A stretch of 64,000 bases of DNA, from NCBI RefSeq assembly GCF_041886205.1, contig NZ_CP169029.1. The stretch is one strand, 5' to 3'. Source of the stretch: Escherichia coli (GTDB lineage Bacteria; Pseudomonadota; Gammaproteobacteria; Enterobacterales; Enterobacteriaceae). The position numbers and the translations under genes are program-made. Under the pieces are notes generated by a model. That model searched no databases, had not been told where the DNA came from, and was given only the letters and a program-made list of their open reading frames with translations. Positions 23,195 through 36,271 of the stretch are shown here, piece after piece (the stretch's first letter is position 1; the number at the start of each line of letters is the position of its first letter).

Positions 23195-23917
23195 TCAATA
23201 CTGGGAATTAATTACTACTTTTTCTCCGAATTTCCCATTAACAGGTAATGGGATGTAAGTTGAATTTAATGCTCTGAGAACTCTTATCCCTTCAGCATTT
23301 GCTTTTCTGGCATCAAGTATATCATTATCAGAGTCACCATAATATATGGATATATTATGTTTTTTTATATACTCAACTTTTGCATCTTTATGTGCCCCTC
23401 CTGCAAAAATAACCTTGTTTAACTTATTTGCAGGTATCTGAAAATCGTCCTGTATTGTAGCTGTTAAATCCTCCTTTCCATTAGAAGGTGCAGTTCTGCC
23501 GGTAATAAAATAAATATTATCACCTCTGCTAAGGTGTAATTTGATAAGTTCTTTGGCAGATTTTTTAGGAATAGAAAATCTGTCCCAGCCATTACTGGCC
23601 TCATCCCAGAATTGCTGATTATTTAAATAATCATCACTGTCTGGTGAATATTTTTGTTTTCCACGGAAAAATACAGGACTGGAAAACAGCACAGTATCAT
23701 CTATATCAAAGCCAACGCTTATCGGTTTCTTATTTTCCAGACTCCTGGCAATCTGCTCAACTGAAACCCAGTGAACAGGATACTGATAAGTCAGTTGTGC
23801 CAGTGTGGCTCCTTGTTGCTCAACTCCCCTGTCCGGAGAAGCGGCATTTACTGCAGATATCACGGATAAAAGACCTGTAGCAATCATTATGCAGATACTT
23901 TTCATTTTTCTATTCAT
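23195..23917 (-). CDS. Class B acid phosphatase (HAD superfamily, AphA-like), secreted
   Basis: Signal peptide, DDDD-type motifs GFDIDDTVLF and YGDSDNDI. Confidence 0.7.
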   Translation of the reverse strand: MNRKMKSICIMIATGLLSVISAVNAASPDRGVEQQGATLAQLTYQYPVHWVSVEQIARSLENKKPISVGFDIDDTVLFSSPVFFRGKQKYSPDSDDYLNNQQFWDEASNGWDRFSIPKKSAKELIKLHLSRGDNIYFITGRTAPSNGKEDLTATIQDDFQIPANKLNKVIFAGGAHKDAKVEYIKKHNISIYYGDSDNDILDARKANAEGIRVLRALNSTYIPLPVNGKFGEKVVINSQY

Positions 23918-24639
23918 AATGTTTATCCTTTGTAGTTATATAATATCAGTAAGCAATTAAGTCCTGTTTAATGCTGAGACCCTGTATAATATATTATAAA
24001 CATACGCATATATTAGTGATAAACATCACGGTCAGATGAAGAGAGAAACCATGGATACATTTATATATGTGACAAGTATCGCATATATTGAGCATTTTTT
24101 ACCTGACTGAACGTCTGAAGTACTTTGCGGAGCTGTAATCATTTTAAATGACAGACTTGTTTCATAACTATTTCATATGAAAGCAGTTATCGTACGAAAT
24201 GCATCCGTGTCTGACAAGAGTAAATTCCATCTTTTCCCGATGTCAGACACATCGTCTGATATTTTCTTGCTAACGCATACCATATCAACGAAGTAGCTGT
24301 GAGCCCCGGCATGTTTTCCCCATAACATCTTCCTGATATGCAGGAATCGGTTGTAGAACCTGATTACACTGCGGCCTCTCAGGATCACTAACAGAAATGA
24401 TATCAGGATATTAAGCGGCGCAATTATCACAGGATGCACATGGTCCGCTGTACATTAGAGAAAACTTTTATTCCTCACAAAGTATAATGGCTATGTATAC
24501 TCTTTGTTTAAGTTATCCTGCAGGATCCTGAATCAATACTTTATATACGTGTGATGAACTTCTTTAGAGCGCCATGTCAGTTTATCGTAACCGGCTCATT
24601 TAAACCGTCTGGTCTGTTTCCTCCGGCTCTACAAAAATA

Positions 24640-25317
24640 ATGTCCATCATTTTTAATGGACACTATCGTATGAAACACCGGACCTGGATCACTGAAGCTT
24701 TACGTCTTCACTTTGAAGAACATTTACCCCGGGTTGTGGCCGGGCGTCGCCTGGGTGTACCAAAATCAACAGTTTGTAGTATGTTCGTGCGCTTTCGGAG
24801 AGCTGGCCTTTCGTGGCCTTTGCCCGCAGGCATGTCGGAGCAGGAACTTGATGCCTGCCTTTACGGACAATTTTCCACGGTACCAGTCGTACGTCCTGAA
24901 AGCACCGTTATATCCGAAGCCCCCGTGGTAAAAAAACGTCCCCGGCGGCCCAACTTCCCTTATGAGTTTAAAATCGCCTTAGTGGAGCAGTCACTGCAGC
25001 CCGGAGCCTGTGTGGCGCAGATCGCCCGGGAAAACGGAATCAACGATAACCTGCTCTTCAACTGGCGCCATCAATACCGGAAAGGTGGCCTGCTGCCTTC
25101 CGGAAAAAATATGCCGGCACTGCTTCCCGTGACGTTAACGCCGGAGCCGGATAATAAAATCCCGGCCCCCGCACAGGAACCAGAGCAGATAAATACACCG
25201 TCCGACAGTCTGTGTTGTGAGCTGGTTCTGCCGGCCGGAACTCTCAGGCTTAAAGGTAAACTGACGCCGGCGTTATTACAGACACTTATCCGCGAAATAA
25301 AAGGGAGCAGCCACTGA
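24640..25317 (+). CDS. tnpA: IS66-family TnpA (long form)
   Basis: 225 aa containing FPYEFKIALVEQSLQPGACVAQIARENGINDNLLFNW. Confidence 0.75.
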   Translation: MSIIFNGHYRMKHRTWITEALRLHFEEHLPRVVAGRRLGVPKSTVCSMFVRFRRAGLSWPLPAGMSEQELDACLYGQFSTVPVVRPESTVISEAPVVKKRPRRPNFPYEFKIALVEQSLQPGACVAQIARENGINDNLLFNWRHQYRKGGLLPSGKNMPALLPVTLTPEPDNKIPAPAQEPEQINTPSDSLCCELVLPAGTLRLKGKLTPALLQTLIREIKGSSH

Positions 25318-25664
25318 TGATATCTCTCCCTGCAGGTTCGCGTATCTGGCTGGTTGCAGGTATCACCGATATGCGAAATGGCTTTAACGGCCTGGCATCA
25401 AAAGTTCAGAACGTCCTGAAGGATGACCCGTTCTCCGGACACCTGTTCATCTTCCGCGGACGCCGGGGTGACCAGATAAAAGTGTTGTGGGCTGACAGTG
25501 ACGGACTGTGCCTCTTCACCAAACGCCTGGAGCGGGGCCGCTTCGTCTGGCCAGTCACCCGTGACGGCAAGGTGCACCTTACTCCGGCTCAGTTATCCAT
25601 GCTTCTTGAAGGTATCAACTGGAAGCACCCGAAACGAACGGAACGCGCTGGAATCCGCATATAA
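25317..25664 (+). CDS. tnpB: IS66-family TnpB
   Basis: 115 aa [27 protein letters not shown], about 75% identical to the ISEc8 TnpB. Confidence 0.85.
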   Translation: MISLPAGSRIWLVAGITDMRNGFNGLASKVQNVLKDDPFSGHLFIFRGRRGDQIKVLWADSDGLCLFTKRLERGRFVWPVTRDGKVHLTPAQLSMLLEGINWKHPKRTERAGIRI

Positions 25665-25683
25665 CCCGTTGTAAAGTGAGGAT

Positions 25684-27255
25684 ATGGACACCTCACTTGC
25701 TCATGAGAACGCCCGCCTGCGGGCACTGTTGCAGACGCAACAGGACACCATCCGCCAGATGGCTGAATACAACCGCCTGCTCTCACAGCGGGTGGCGGCT
25801 TATGCTTCCGAAATCAACCGGCTGAAGGCGCTGGTTGCGAAACTGCAACGTATGCAGTTCGGTAAAAGCTCAGAAAAACTTCGTGCAAAAACCGAACGGC
25901 AGATACAGGAAGCACAGGAGCGAATCAGCGCACTTCAGGAAGAAATGGCGGAAACGCTGGGTGAGCAATATGACCCGGTACTGCCATCCGCCCTGCGCCA
26001 GTCTTCAGCCCGTAAACCGTTACCGGCCTCACTTCCCCGTGAAACCCGGGTTATCCGGCCGGAAGAGGAATGCTGTCCTGCCTGTGGTGGTGAACTCAGT
26101 TCTCTGGGATGTGATGTGTCAGAGCAACTGGAGCTTATCAGCAGCGCCTTTAAGGTTATCGAAACACAACGTCCGAAACAGGCCTGTTGCCGGTGCGACC
26201 ATATCGTGCAGGCACCAGTACCTTCAAAACCCATTGCACGCAGTTATGCCGGAGCGGGGCTTCTGGCCCATGTTGTCACCGGGAAATATGCAGACCATCT
26301 GCCGTTATACCGCCAGTCAGAAATATACCGTCGTCAGGGAGTGGAGCTGAGCCGTGCCACACTGGGGCGCTGGACAGGTGCTGTTGCTGAACTGCTGGAG
26401 CCGCTGTATGACGTCCTGCGCCAGTATGTGCTGATGCCCGGTAAAGTCCATGCTGATGATATCCCCGTCCCGGTCCAGGAGCCGGGCAGCGGTAAAACCC
26501 GGACAGCCCGGCTGTGGGTCTACGTCCGTGATGACCGTAACGCCGGTTCACAGATGCCCCCGGCGGTCTGGTTCGCGTACAGTCCGGACCGGAAAGGTAT
26601 CCATCCACAAAATCACCTGGCCGGTTACAGCGGTGTGCTTCAGGCCGATGCTTACGGTGGTTACCGGGCGTTATACGAATCCGGCAGAATAACGGAAGCC
26701 GCGTGTATGGCTCATGCCCGGAGAAAAATCCACGATGTGCATGCAAGAGCGTCCACCTACATCACCACGGAAGCCCTGCAGCGTATCGGTGAACTGTATG
26801 CCATCGAGGCAGAGGTCCGGGGCTGTTCAGCAGAACAGCGTCTGGCGGCAAGAAAAGCCAGAGCCGCGCCACTGATGCAGTCACTGTATGACTGGATACA
26901 GCAACAGATGAAAACACTGTCGCGTCACTCAGATACGGCAAAAGCGTTCGCATACCTGCTGAAACAGTGGGATGCACTGAACGTGTACTGCAGTAATGGC
27001 TGGGTGGAAATCGACAACAACATCGCAGAGAACGCCTTACGGGGAGTGGCCGTAGGCCGGAAAAACTGGATGTTCGCGGGTTCCGACAGCGGTGGTGAAC
27101 ATGCGGCGGTGTTGTACTCGCTGATCGGCACATGCCGTCTGAACAATGTGGAGCCAGAAAAATGGCTGCGTTACATCATTGAACATATCCTGGACTGGCC
27201 GGCAAACCGGGTACGCGACCTGTTGCCTTGGAAAGTTGAACTGACCGCTCAGTAA
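25684..27255 (+). CDS. tnpC: IS66-family transposase TnpC
   Basis: 523 aa with zinc finger CPACGG and DDE domain. Confidence 0.85.
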   Translation: MDTSLAHENARLRALLQTQQDTIRQMAEYNRLLSQRVAAYASEINRLKALVAKLQRMQFGKSSEKLRAKTERQIQEAQERISALQEEMAETLGEQYDPVLPSALRQSSARKPLPASLPRETRVIRPEEECCPACGGELSSLGCDVSEQLELISSAFKVIETQRPKQACCRCDHIVQAPVPSKPIARSYAGAGLLAHVVTGKYADHLPLYRQSEIYRRQGVELSRATLGRWTGAVAELLEPLYDVLRQYVLMPGKVHADDIPVPVQEPGSGKTRTARLWVYVRDDRNAGSQMPPAVWFAYSPDRKGIHPQNHLAGYSGVLQADAYGGYRALYESGRITEAACMAHARRKIHDVHARASTYITTEALQRIGELYAIEAEVRGCSAEQRLAARKARAAPLMQSLYDWIQQQMKTLSRHSDTAKAFAYLLKQWDALNVYCSNGWVEIDNNIAENALRGVAVGRKNWMFAGSDSGGEHAAVLYSLIGTCRLNNVEPEKWLRYIIEHILDWPANRVRDLLPWKVELTAQ

Positions 27256-27514
27256 ATATCAATACGGTTCTAGTGAGCTGCTTACATTTAATCACTATTT
27301 TTTGCGTTAAAAACCACTCTATCCTCTTGGTATAAAAATGGGCGCAACAAAGCGCCCAAACAACAGAGTTTCTAAAATAAATAAAAGGTAATAAATAACA
27401 TGAAGTTAAATTAAGAAGAGGCAAGTTTATTGCCTCTTCAAAGGTAGCATGAGGGTGCTACCTATATGCAGGCAGTGACATCACTCCCTTCCCGCATATT
27501 CTCACCTACCAAAA

Positions 27515-28603
27515 TTAGAACTGGTAGGTCATACCAACAGCAACGATATCGTCAGTGCTTATACCGAGTGCTTTAGTGAAGTCGTTTTTGTCAAGCAGGT
27601 TGATTTTGTAATCAACGAAAGTAGACATATTTTTGTTGAAGTAATAGGTTGCACCTACATCAACATATTTGACTAAGTCCTGATCGCCCCATACTCCAAG
27701 ATCCTTACCTTTAGATTGCAGGTAAGCAACGGACGGACGCAGACCAAAATCGAACTGATATTGTGCAACAGCTTCAAAGTTCTGAGCTTTATTAGCAACG
27801 AAGTGATCAGCAAATACAGTCATATTCTGAGTTTCAGAATAGGTAGTGGCCAGGTAAATGTTATTAGCGTCATATTTCAGACCTGCGGCCCAAACTTCTG
27901 CATTTTTACCGGAAGCAAATACTTCAGGAAGAACTTTCCCTGCATTAACTTGAGTGTCGGTACGATCAGATTTCGCATAAGTTGCACCAATACCAAATCC
28001 TTCGTATTCATAGGTAGCAGAGAAACCGAAGCCATCACCATTAGCTTCAGTTACGTCAGTTCGGTCATTTTTACCCTGATACTGAGCAGCAAAGTTCAGA
28101 CCATCAACCAGACCAAAGAAGTCGTTGTTACGATAGGTTGCAACACCAGTGGTGCGACCAGTCATGAACACATCTGTTTGGGTCCAGGTATCGCCACCGA
28201 ATTCTGGCAGAACGTCGGTCCATGCACCGATATCGTATGCTACACCGTAGTTACGGCCATAATCGATGGAGCCGTAGTCACCGAATTTCAGGCCAGCGAA
28301 GGCAAGACGGGTTTTATCTTTGGAAGAACCTTGAGATTCAGCACGGTTGCCTTTGAAGTCATATTCCCACTGACCGAAACCAGTCAGTTGATCGTTGATT
28401 TGGGTTTCACCTTTAAAGCCCAGACGAGCATAAGTAGTGTCACCATCATCTGCATCGTTAGAGGAGAAGTAGTGCTTAGCATTAACTTTTCCGTACAGAT
28501 CCAGTTTGTTACCGTCTTTGTTATAGATTTCTGCAGCTTGAGCAGACACTGCCATCAGAACAGATGCTGCAACCACAGAAAGTGCCACTGTAATTTTTTT
28601 CAT
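27515..28603 (-). CDS. General porin of the OmpC/OmpF/PhoE (GBP) family
   Basis: Signal peptide [39 protein letters not shown] start of mature porin, C-terminal ...VAVGMTYQF; start at ATG 28603 rather than the longer track ORF. Confidence 0.85.
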   Translation of the reverse strand: MKKITVALSVVAASVLMAVSAQAAEIYNKDGNKLDLYGKVNAKHYFSSNDADDGDTTYARLGFKGETQINDQLTGFGQWEYDFKGNRAESQGSSKDKTRLAFAGLKFGDYGSIDYGRNYGVAYDIGAWTDVLPEFGGDTWTQTDVFMTGRTTGVATYRNNDFFGLVDGLNFAAQYQGKNDRTDVTEANGDGFGFSATYEYEGFGIGATYAKSDRTDTQVNAGKVLPEVFASGKNAEVWAAGLKYDANNIYLATTYSETQNMTVFADHFVANKAQNFEAVAQYQFDFGLRPSVAYLQSKGKDLGVWGDQDLVKYVDVGATYYFNKNMSTFVDYKINLLDKNDFTKALGISTDDIVAVGMTYQF

Positions 28604-29336
28604 TTTTTTTGCCTTTAAAGTTGAACTTTTCAATAGAAAAGAAGTCACTCCGAATAAATATCTATAATTTTTGTATTTAAGTTTCAAGTTTTGCACATTA
28701 GTATTGAGATATTTTTGTGATTAAAATCACAAAAATATCACCATAAAACCAATGGATTATTAGAAAAGAATTAATTCAGTGAATAACAACTCGAGTAGGC
28801 AGCTTGGCGCTACGACTTATCATGGTCTGTAATTACCTTTATAAAACAAACAATGTTATTGCTTTCAGTTGGTTATATGGCACGTTCAGCTCAACCCCGT
28901 AAACACAAACCATCTCCACAGAGAAGTCAACTTCCCCACTATGTCGCAAAACTTCACGAAGATGATTTTTTGACGAAGAAGAGACCGAAGTGCATCGCTT
29001 TGATAATTTTGATGGTGCGGTGGCGTATTACACAAACCTGAATATTTCGTTCTTTGTGGATACCGGAAACAAAAAGTGGGTCTTCTGGTTTGTCCGTGTC
29101 GATGACGAGGGTTATCTAGAGACAACCTGATGTGAGGAGCGGTAATTCTCGACTATTCTTGCAGCTATCACTGCCAGTGGCATGTGCAGCCCAAACAGCG
29201 GTACGGTTCACTGACCGGACAGTGTAACCCCGATATTCAGAGACTTCCCCGTTTTGCCGATATTTTTCAGCAGGGGATCCGCTGGATTAACTGGTTGAAT
29301 AAACAGCCAGAAGCTTCTGTGTGTCCGGTGATGATT

Positions 29337-29366
29337 GCGTATTCCGCTCTATTCGATCACGGATTG
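29337..29366. repeat. 30-bp direct repeat, copy 1
   Basis: gcgtattccgctctattcgatcacggattg; near-identical copy at 39096..39125, with weaker similarity continuing beyond. Confidence 0.5.
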
Positions 29367-29683
29367 GCATCAAAGTCCGATCAGCGATTCGCATCCATTC
29401 GATTAACCGAAAACTTAACTTTTTCTATCGCTTTTCAACTCGTTTTTTCGGTGTTTTCCATTGACGGGGGATTTTTCCTCAGGGACTCTCCCTGAAGGAC
29501 CAGTCTGTGTGAGTTATGTACCAGTCTGTCCAAGATGGCATATGCTGTTGTTGGGTTCACTATAAGAACATACCATTTATCTACCGGGAACTGGCTTACC
29601 GCTATTGTGCTACCTTGCCCGTAACGATCTTCTGTGATCGCCAGGAGGTCATGACACTGGGAATTACTTAACTGTTTAACTAT

Positions 29684-29935
29684 TTAAGCCCCAGATCGTC
29701 TAGGATTAGAACCTGTATTTTTCTGTTTCAGATATTTTAGCCAGCTACCATCAACACGTCCCTGAGCCCGCTGTTCCAGTAACCGCCCGGTTCTACAGTA
29801 CCGGACGCTGTGTTTCTGTCGACATACCTGTTCGCCCGGCACATTGGCTATCCAGCTATTGCCGCATCCTGTAGGCTCCGTTATCAGCAGGTTTTTCTTG
29901 TGGATTATGTAATGACCGTTCAGCAGTTCCCTCAT
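29684..29935 (-). pseudogene. IS21-family IstB-like ATPase fragment
   Basis: LLITEPTGCGNSWIA...CRQKHSVRYCRTGRLLEQRAQGRVDGSWLKYLK resembles the IstB Walker A region; broken reading frame. Confidence 0.4.
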
Positions 29936-30653
29936 CTATTCAGCTCCCAGGCCTCTTGAAGCCGGATAACGCAGTCCTTCCGCTGTTACCTGATATTTCA
30001 GGCCGGTATTTTCTCTCAACTGTACCACTCGACTAGTTTCCCTGCTCAGGAGTTCGTCATCAACCAGCAGCGTCAGTCTCTCCTAGAGCGACAGTTCGCC
30101 GTCGGTCCGGAGGGGGGGCCAGCTGTCGTATCAGGCTCCCAGCTAGATAATATTTTTATTCTATCCTAGCGTGACCACCCGTTTTTTCTGCCCGCGCAAT
30201 TGCCAATCCGTACTGATTTTGAGATGAAGATGGATATCCACTTCATCTTGATGCTCTGTGCTGCATTCGTCCAGTGCTTTATGGATTGCTTTCTGCATCA
30301 GGCATCGTGCGTCACGGGAAATTGGTGCTATGACAGGCAATTGCTCAGTCCGGTTGGTGATTTGTTTTAATTTGGCGATTGATCAGATCGCACAATTCGG
30401 GCTAAGCTCCCTCAAAGGGAGCTACTATTCTGCGCAACTATATAGTATAGTACCAGCCGACGAGGGATATTTAAGGCAAGTTAACATTGTAACCAGAGCT
30501 GTATGGAGAAACTGTTGTCCCACTCTCCCCAGATATGTGCACGACGAAGGCCAGCACTAAGAAAAATAACATGTTGTCGGCGAATATACTCTATCAAAGA
30601 TTATTCTCCTCATCCTGAAAAATAAGGTTTTGTAGCGCCTTTGATAACATCAA

Positions 30654-31043
30654 TTACCTGAACTTTTTATGCCCTTCTATTCTTATTTTATGCATTTTCA
30701 TTACCGAGTTTGGAACATCTGAAATATCACCTGATACTACTTTTTCTTTTGCCTTAACAATTTCATTATTTAGTTTCATTAGCTCATTTTTATACTCACC
30801 CCCACCTTTCTTATCATCATGGGAAATCTTTTCAGGAAGTGATTTCATTGAGTCATTAACAGCGAGCTCCATAATTTCAAGAGCATCAATCATCTCTTTT
30901 TTATTCGTTGACGACTGTAAAATACCAATATTATCAGCGAGTATCTGCATATTTTCACCAAGCTCTTTTGCAGAAGATATATTTCCACCCCCAAAATATA
31001 ATAATAAGGTACTACAAATTGTTAAACATTTTACTTTTTCCAT
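30654..31043 (-). CDS. Cytochrome b562-like four-helix-bundle protein, periplasmic
   Basis: Signal peptide; ...ENMQIL... and C-terminal ...HKIRIEGHKKFR align with the CybC Met/His haem-ligand positions. Confidence 0.5.
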   Translation of the reverse strand: MEKVKCLTICSTLLLYFGGGNISSAKELGENMQILADNIGILQSSTNKKEMIDALEIMELAVNDSMKSLPEKISHDDKKGGGEYKNELMKLNNEIVKAKEKVVSGDISDVPNSVMKMHKIRIEGHKKFR

Positions 31044-31081
31044 ATTCTATCCTTACAGGGGGAGACTCCCCCTGTGATATA

Positions 31082-33295
31082 TTATTTTTTAGATAAATCA
31101 AATCGGTCATTATTCATGACTTTATTCCAAGCATTAGCAAAATCATGAATAAACTTATCTTGAGCATCATCTGACGCGTAAACTTCAGCTACAGCCCGTA
31201 ATTCAGGATTTGAACTGAATATTAAATCTACAGAGGAAGCTTTCCATTTAAGAGTACCGCTCTTACGGTCATATCCATTATAGACATCCTCATCTTTATC
31301 TGATTTGCTCCAGTAGGTTCCCATATCCAGAAGATTCACAAAAAAATGATTATTCAGCGTACCCGGAGTCTCAGTAAATACCCCGAGAGAAGAATGATTA
31401 GTATTAATATCCATAACACGCAATCCACCTAACAGCACTGTCATTTCTGGAACAGTTAGATCAAGTTTACTCGCTTTATCAATCAGACTTTCAACAGGTG
31501 AAGTATGGTTCCTGTTTTTTGCATAATAGTTTCTGAAGCCATCTGCAGTAGGCTCCAGAAAACTGAATGATGTAATATCTGTCTGTTCCTGAGAAGCATC
31601 AGTTCTTCCTGGTTTGAATGGGATTTCTAGTTTTACACCTGCTTTAGCAGCTGATTCTTCGATAGCAGTATTACCCGCCAGTACAATTAAATCAGATAGT
31701 GAGACTTTCTTCCCATTAGACTGCTTTTTATTAAATTCTGACTGTAATGAAACCAGGGATGTCAACACCGTTTTCAAATTTTCAGGTTCATTGACTTCCC
31801 AATTTTTTTCTGGCAGCAAGCGGATACGGGCACCATTATTTCCTCCTCGATAATCAGTTACACGAAATGTCGAGGCTGAAGCCCAAGCAGTTTTTATCAG
31901 ATCAGAGGACGGAATTCCTGACTTAATGATCTGCATCTTGAGGGATTTTATATCCTGACTATCGATCATAGTGTAATCAGCAGCAGGAAGTGGATCCTGC
32001 CAGATAAATGATTCTTTCGGGATGTTATTACCTATGTATCGGGTTGCCGGCCCCATATCGCGATGAGTCAGTTTGAACCACGCTCTTGCAAATGCTCTCT
32101 CAAAGGCTTTCGGATCGTTCAGGAAATGCGTCGTTATTTTTTTATATTCAGGATCGACTTTCAACGCAATATCTGTTGTAAACATCATTAGCGGATGCAA
32201 TACCGATGGGTCATGTGCATCCTGAACAATGTTTGCTGCGTTTTTAGGTTTCCACTGATAAGCACCGGCAGGACTTTTATGCAGTTCCCACTCATATTTA
32301 TAAAGATTTTGTAGATACTGCATCGTGAATTGCGTAGGAGAGGTGGACCAAGCACCTTCCAGACCACTAGTGATAGTATCTTTACCGTTGCCGGTACCGC
32401 ACTTATTCTTCCATCCCAGTCCCTGTTCTTCGACTGGTGCACCATCAGGTGCAGCACCAATGCATTTTTCAGGAGAAGCGGCACCATGTGCTTTTCCGAA
32501 CGTGTGCCCGCCAGCAATGAGCGCAACAGTTTCTTCATCATCCATGGCCATACGGGCGAAGGCTTCCCGGATATCTTTCGCAGAGGCAAGAGGATCTGGG
32601 TTTCCCCCCGGACCTTCTGGATTGACATAAATCAGGCCCATCTGAGTGGCTGCCAAGGGTTTCTGAAGTTTCCCGTTTTTATCTCTATTATCGGATAGAG
32701 GTTTGTTACCTGGTCCCCAGTATACCAAGTCGGACTCCCAGTCATCTTCTCTTCCACCGGCAAATCCCAGAGTCTTAAATCCCATAGATTCCAGAGCAAC
32801 ATTCCCTGTAAGAACCATTAAATCTCCCCAAGAAATACTAGCGCCGTATTTTTTTTTGACCGGCCACAACAATCTGCGAGCTTTATCCAGATTAGCATTG
32901 TCCGGCCAACTATTAAGAGGTTCAAAACGCTGTTGACCACCACTTGCTCCTCCTCGTCCATCATATGTCCGATATGTCCCGGCACCATGCCACGCCATTC
33001 GAATAAAGAAAGGGCCATAATTACCATAATCTGCTGGCCACCACTCCTGAGAGGTTGTCAATAATACTTTTATATCATTTTTAACATTTTCTATATCAAG
33101 TTTATTAAATTTGCTGGCATAATCAAAATCACGTCCTAAGGGGTTTGATTCAGGACTGTGTAATCTCAAAGGAGTTAAATCCAGCGTTTCAGGATAGTAG
33201 AATTTCTCAGTCCCCTTTTTATCATTAGCCACAGCAGGAGAGAGACTACCAGAGAGAGTCAAAAGAATTAAAATTGGAAGAGTTCTTTTTATCAT
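31082..33295 (-). CDS. katP: Periplasmic catalase-peroxidase (KatG family, KatP-like)
   Basis: 737 aa; signal peptide [23 protein letters not shown]; motifs [13 protein letters not shown] and [17 protein letters not shown] upstream of ATG 33295. Confidence 0.9.
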   Translation of the reverse strand: MIKRTLPILILLTLSGSLSPAVANDKKGTEKFYYPETLDLTPLRLHSPESNPLGRDFDYASKFNKLDIENVKNDIKVLLTTSQEWWPADYGNYGPFFIRMAWHGAGTYRTYDGRGGASGGQQRFEPLNSWPDNANLDKARRLLWPVKKKYGASISWGDLMVLTGNVALESMGFKTLGFAGGREDDWESDLVYWGPGNKPLSDNRDKNGKLQKPLAATQMGLIYVNPEGPGGNPDPLASAKDIREAFARMAMDDEETVALIAGGHTFGKAHGAASPEKCIGAAPDGAPVEEQGLGWKNKCGTGNGKDTITSGLEGAWSTSPTQFTMQYLQNLYKYEWELHKSPAGAYQWKPKNAANIVQDAHDPSVLHPLMMFTTDIALKVDPEYKKITTHFLNDPKAFERAFARAWFKLTHRDMGPATRYIGNNIPKESFIWQDPLPAADYTMIDSQDIKSLKMQIIKSGIPSSDLIKTAWASASTFRVTDYRGGNNGARIRLLPEKNWEVNEPENLKTVLTSLVSLQSEFNKKQSNGKKVSLSDLIVLAGNTAIEESAAKAGVKLEIPFKPGRTDASQEQTDITSFSFLEPTADGFRNYYAKNRNHTSPVESLIDKASKLDLTVPEMTVLLGGLRVMDINTNHSSLGVFTETPGTLNNHFFVNLLDMGTYWSKSDKDEDVYNGYDRKSGTLKWKASSVDLIFSSNPELRAVAEVYASDDAQDKFIHDFANAWNKVMNNDRFDLSKK

Positions 33296-34508
33296 AGAGT
33301 TGCTCCAGTGCAAGGAAAAATCTCAGCATATATACAAAAGATATTTTTCATATGCAACAGGAACCAACTATCATTGAAATCGGTTTTATGAATCAGTTTA
33401 TCACTTTAAATATTTTAAAGAATCACTCATATATATCATATTTTGTGATGTGCTTTGAACTCTTCTCGCTCTAAATCCCCGACACTTTTCTTTATAAAAC
33501 AGTTAAAATAAACAGTATCAATAAGTTATTTGCCAATATTTGAGTGTTACATATTTATTTGGTATCTATTGATTAATATTTCTATATTTAATATATCCTT
33601 ATTTGTTATCTCATGTTTACTCCTTTATAAAATATAATTCTGTTTTATTGATATAAACAAAAAATGAGTAAATATAACATAGACAGAATATTAATACATT
33701 CAAAAAAAATACAATAATATTTATACGGTCTTGTATTTTATTCTTTTTTGTTGTTGCTAGTGGTGCATCCTGTTATTTAATTAATATAGGGATGGTGAAT
33801 TTAATATTTTTGCACAAAATATCATGATAGCACATGCAATAGAAGATCATCAGAGTTAATCTTTTGTGTTGTCTTTTTTACTAGTTATATTTCTGGAGCA
33901 GGTATAAATGAGTTATAAAAATAACTAACACCAGTGAATGAGTGAGTCTCTCCTGAAAAAAATAGTATTGAACACGACTGTTATATCTGATTACATGAAT
34001 TCTAAAATGAGATGATAAATGGAGTAAACTTATGAAATTAAAGTATCTGTCATGTATAATATTTTCCATCTCTGGCGATGGGGCATTAGTTCTGCCCCAG
34101 TTTTCTAATTTTTCATGACGTGTCAGCGAAATAGTAATGACACTATTTACACAATGAACTCCGCAGTTTTTCATACTCTTTGAACAATGTACGTTTGGTT
34201 TTGTAGCCATATTTATCCATTAACATAACTATCCATACAGAATATTTTCCCTCAGTTTTTTCAAGATTAAAGAAAGTATCGCATTCTTCCACCATCAACG
34301 TTCGACAGTCTGATAGCGCTTGTAAAATGACTTCACCAATACTCTGATTATCAGCCTTCGGTGGAAATAAGTGCGAAGGAAAGAGAGGAGCAGCAGCAAC
34401 CATCCCCTCCTTGTCAACGACGGGTAAAAAGTTGCTCTTCCGCAACTTGGGTGGATATTTTCATGCCAGTGGACTCATGCCCCTCTGCCTAAGTAGTTCA
34501 AATCCGGC

Positions 34509-35747
34509 TCAACCATACATCTGGCGTTTCAGCATCTTCAGGCGATTTACATGACCTTCGACAACACCATTACTCCAGCGACTGCTGATTGCCTCACATA
34601 TAGCCGCAACATCAGCTTCCATCCCCGCCGCCACGCGCCGAAGTTCAGTTGAACCGCTTTTGTGGACTCGAGTGAACCAACTGCTTAGCTGTGATTTATT
34701 TTGGGTTTTCAGAATACGGTAGAACTCGAGTGCCAGTTGCTGCGCTATTTTCAGCTCAGGTTCTTTTTCACACATCAGACTAATAAATCGGGAAGCATAA
34801 TTTTCTTCACCCCTGATTATTCTCCAGGGCATCAACCAGCGGCTTACCCGGGACACTGAAGGAAGTCTGGCGGCAGTAGTAACCGGTGGGCTCCAGCCTT
34901 TACGCCATTTGGCAACAGCATCCCTGAGGATGGTTTCACTGCCTGTAAACCCCCGGGCCACCATTTCCCGCCATATCCGGCTGGCGTTATAATTACCACT
35001 TTCTCGTTGCTCTTTTAACCACTCCCTCCATGGGTCCAGAAGCCCTCGCTTTGGAGGCCGGGTCGACATTTCAGGGAATGTTCCTGAACGCACCCAGCGA
35101 CTGACTGTCCAACTCTGATGCCGTTTTTTGCGGGTTTGCTGTTTAAGGCGTTTCGGACGACGGAGCGATGTTGCAGGCACAGACAGTTCTGGCTCAGGTG
35201 ATTTCTTTGGTGACAACTCACTGGCAACAAGACGTATCAGAGGCATATGTCTGTACATCATTCGTTCAAGCGCATCGCCAATATTTTTTAGCAGGTGCCA
35301 TCGATCGGCCACCTGTCTGGCCTGAGGTGCACCTTCACGTGCTGCTGTCGCATAGACTCCATTGCGATCACGTGAGACAACCTGTATTTCCGGATATTTT
35401 CTGACCCCGATCGCCAACGTACGCTGATCGCGCCCGGGAAGCAGGACGAGGGGACGGTGAGTATCAAGATTGACTATTAACGTACCGTAGCGGTGGCCCA
35501 GATGCCACGCCCACTCATCAATACCGACATGGGGCGAGCCTGACGGTTTCGTCTCCGGGGTATTGATAACCCTGCGAAGAAGAATATCTGCACTACAACA
35601 GAGCCCCACTGCCGTTGCTGCCCATTTTCCTGCCTCACCTCCGACTATTAATTCCAGTTGACGCTGTAAATTTTGTAACGCTTGTGAAGACTGCTGATGT
35701 GAACCGGCGAAGGGAGCTAGTGACCAGCAAAAATTTTTCGTGAACAA
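34509..35747 (-). CDS. Transposase, ISL3-like C-terminal signature, possibly rearranged
   Basis: C-terminal ...NGVVEGHVNRLKMLKRQMYG resembles the ISL3-family motif; domain order atypical. Confidence 0.45.
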   Translation of the reverse strand: MFTKNFCWSLAPFAGSHQQSSQALQNLQRQLELIVGGEAGKWAATAVGLCCSADILLRRVINTPETKPSGSPHVGIDEWAWHLGHRYGTLIVNLDTHRPLVLLPGRDQRTLAIGVRKYPEIQVVSRDRNGVYATAAREGAPQARQVADRWHLLKNIGDALERMMYRHMPLIRLVASELSPKKSPEPELSVPATSLRRPKRLKQQTRKKRHQSWTVSRWVRSGTFPEMSTRPPKRGLLDPWREWLKEQRESGNYNASRIWREMVARGFTGSETILRDAVAKWRKGWSPPVTTAARLPSVSRVSRWLMPWRIIRGEENYASRFISLMCEKEPELKIAQQLALEFYRILKTQNKSQLSSWFTRVHKSGSTELRRVAAGMEADVAAICEAISSRWSNGVVEGHVNRLKMLKRQMYG

Positions 35748-36271
35748 GCAGGGTTACGGCAGTACCAGTGGCGGACGGAAAATACAAGCCATAGTGTCTG
35801 GCCTGAGCAGGGTAGATGCTGTACCCAGCAACGACGACAACGTATGAACAGAGTCGCTGCGCTGAGGGCATTTAGGGCATTGTGCTGTTTTGCGTTTTCT
35901 GCGTAGATGGAGGGTTATACCGTCAGACCTAATAACTTGTCGACTGTATTGCCATCCGCAAAGTAACTGTAGAAGTGTCTGAAGAGAGTGCATTACGTTG
36001 CCCATAACTTAAAGCAGCTTAGATCATTGTTCACCAGAAAGTTTCATCCATTTTCTTTCACCCAAGTTGCAGAAGAAGCACTTTTGCACCGTTCGTGACA
36101 CTAATCGACCAGCCTTACTGGAGAGGCTGGTTGGTGATTAACTGGGAGTATTGCAATTAGAGGTGTTCTACAGGCTCAAGAAGGGTGTCGTTAAGGGGAA
36201 GTCATCTTCACAGCGATTTTCAGTCAGTTAGCATTACCGACATTCATTCACCAACTTACCGGAGATAATCA

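Larger units (their letters stand above)
24640..27285 (+). mobile_element. Second IS66-family element, distinct from ISEc8; left end not located
   Basis: tnpA-tnpB-tnpC gene set; right end ...gagctgcttac at about 27285 resembles an IS66 terminal repeat. Confidence 0.6.

Noticed and set aside
25835-26746. Alternate-frame ORFs (up to 171 aa) within the second IS66 tnpC
   Set aside because: Fully overlapped by the tnpC frame; composition artefacts.
28604-28696. 31-codon N-terminal extension of the porin ORF
   Set aside because: The extension precedes a textbook signal peptide starting at the ATG at 28603.
33881-34445. Two overlapping minus-strand ORFs (100 and 109 aa) in an AT-rich gap
   Set aside because: Low-complexity AT-rich translations with no motifs and poor start contexts; treated as non-coding or decayed sequence.
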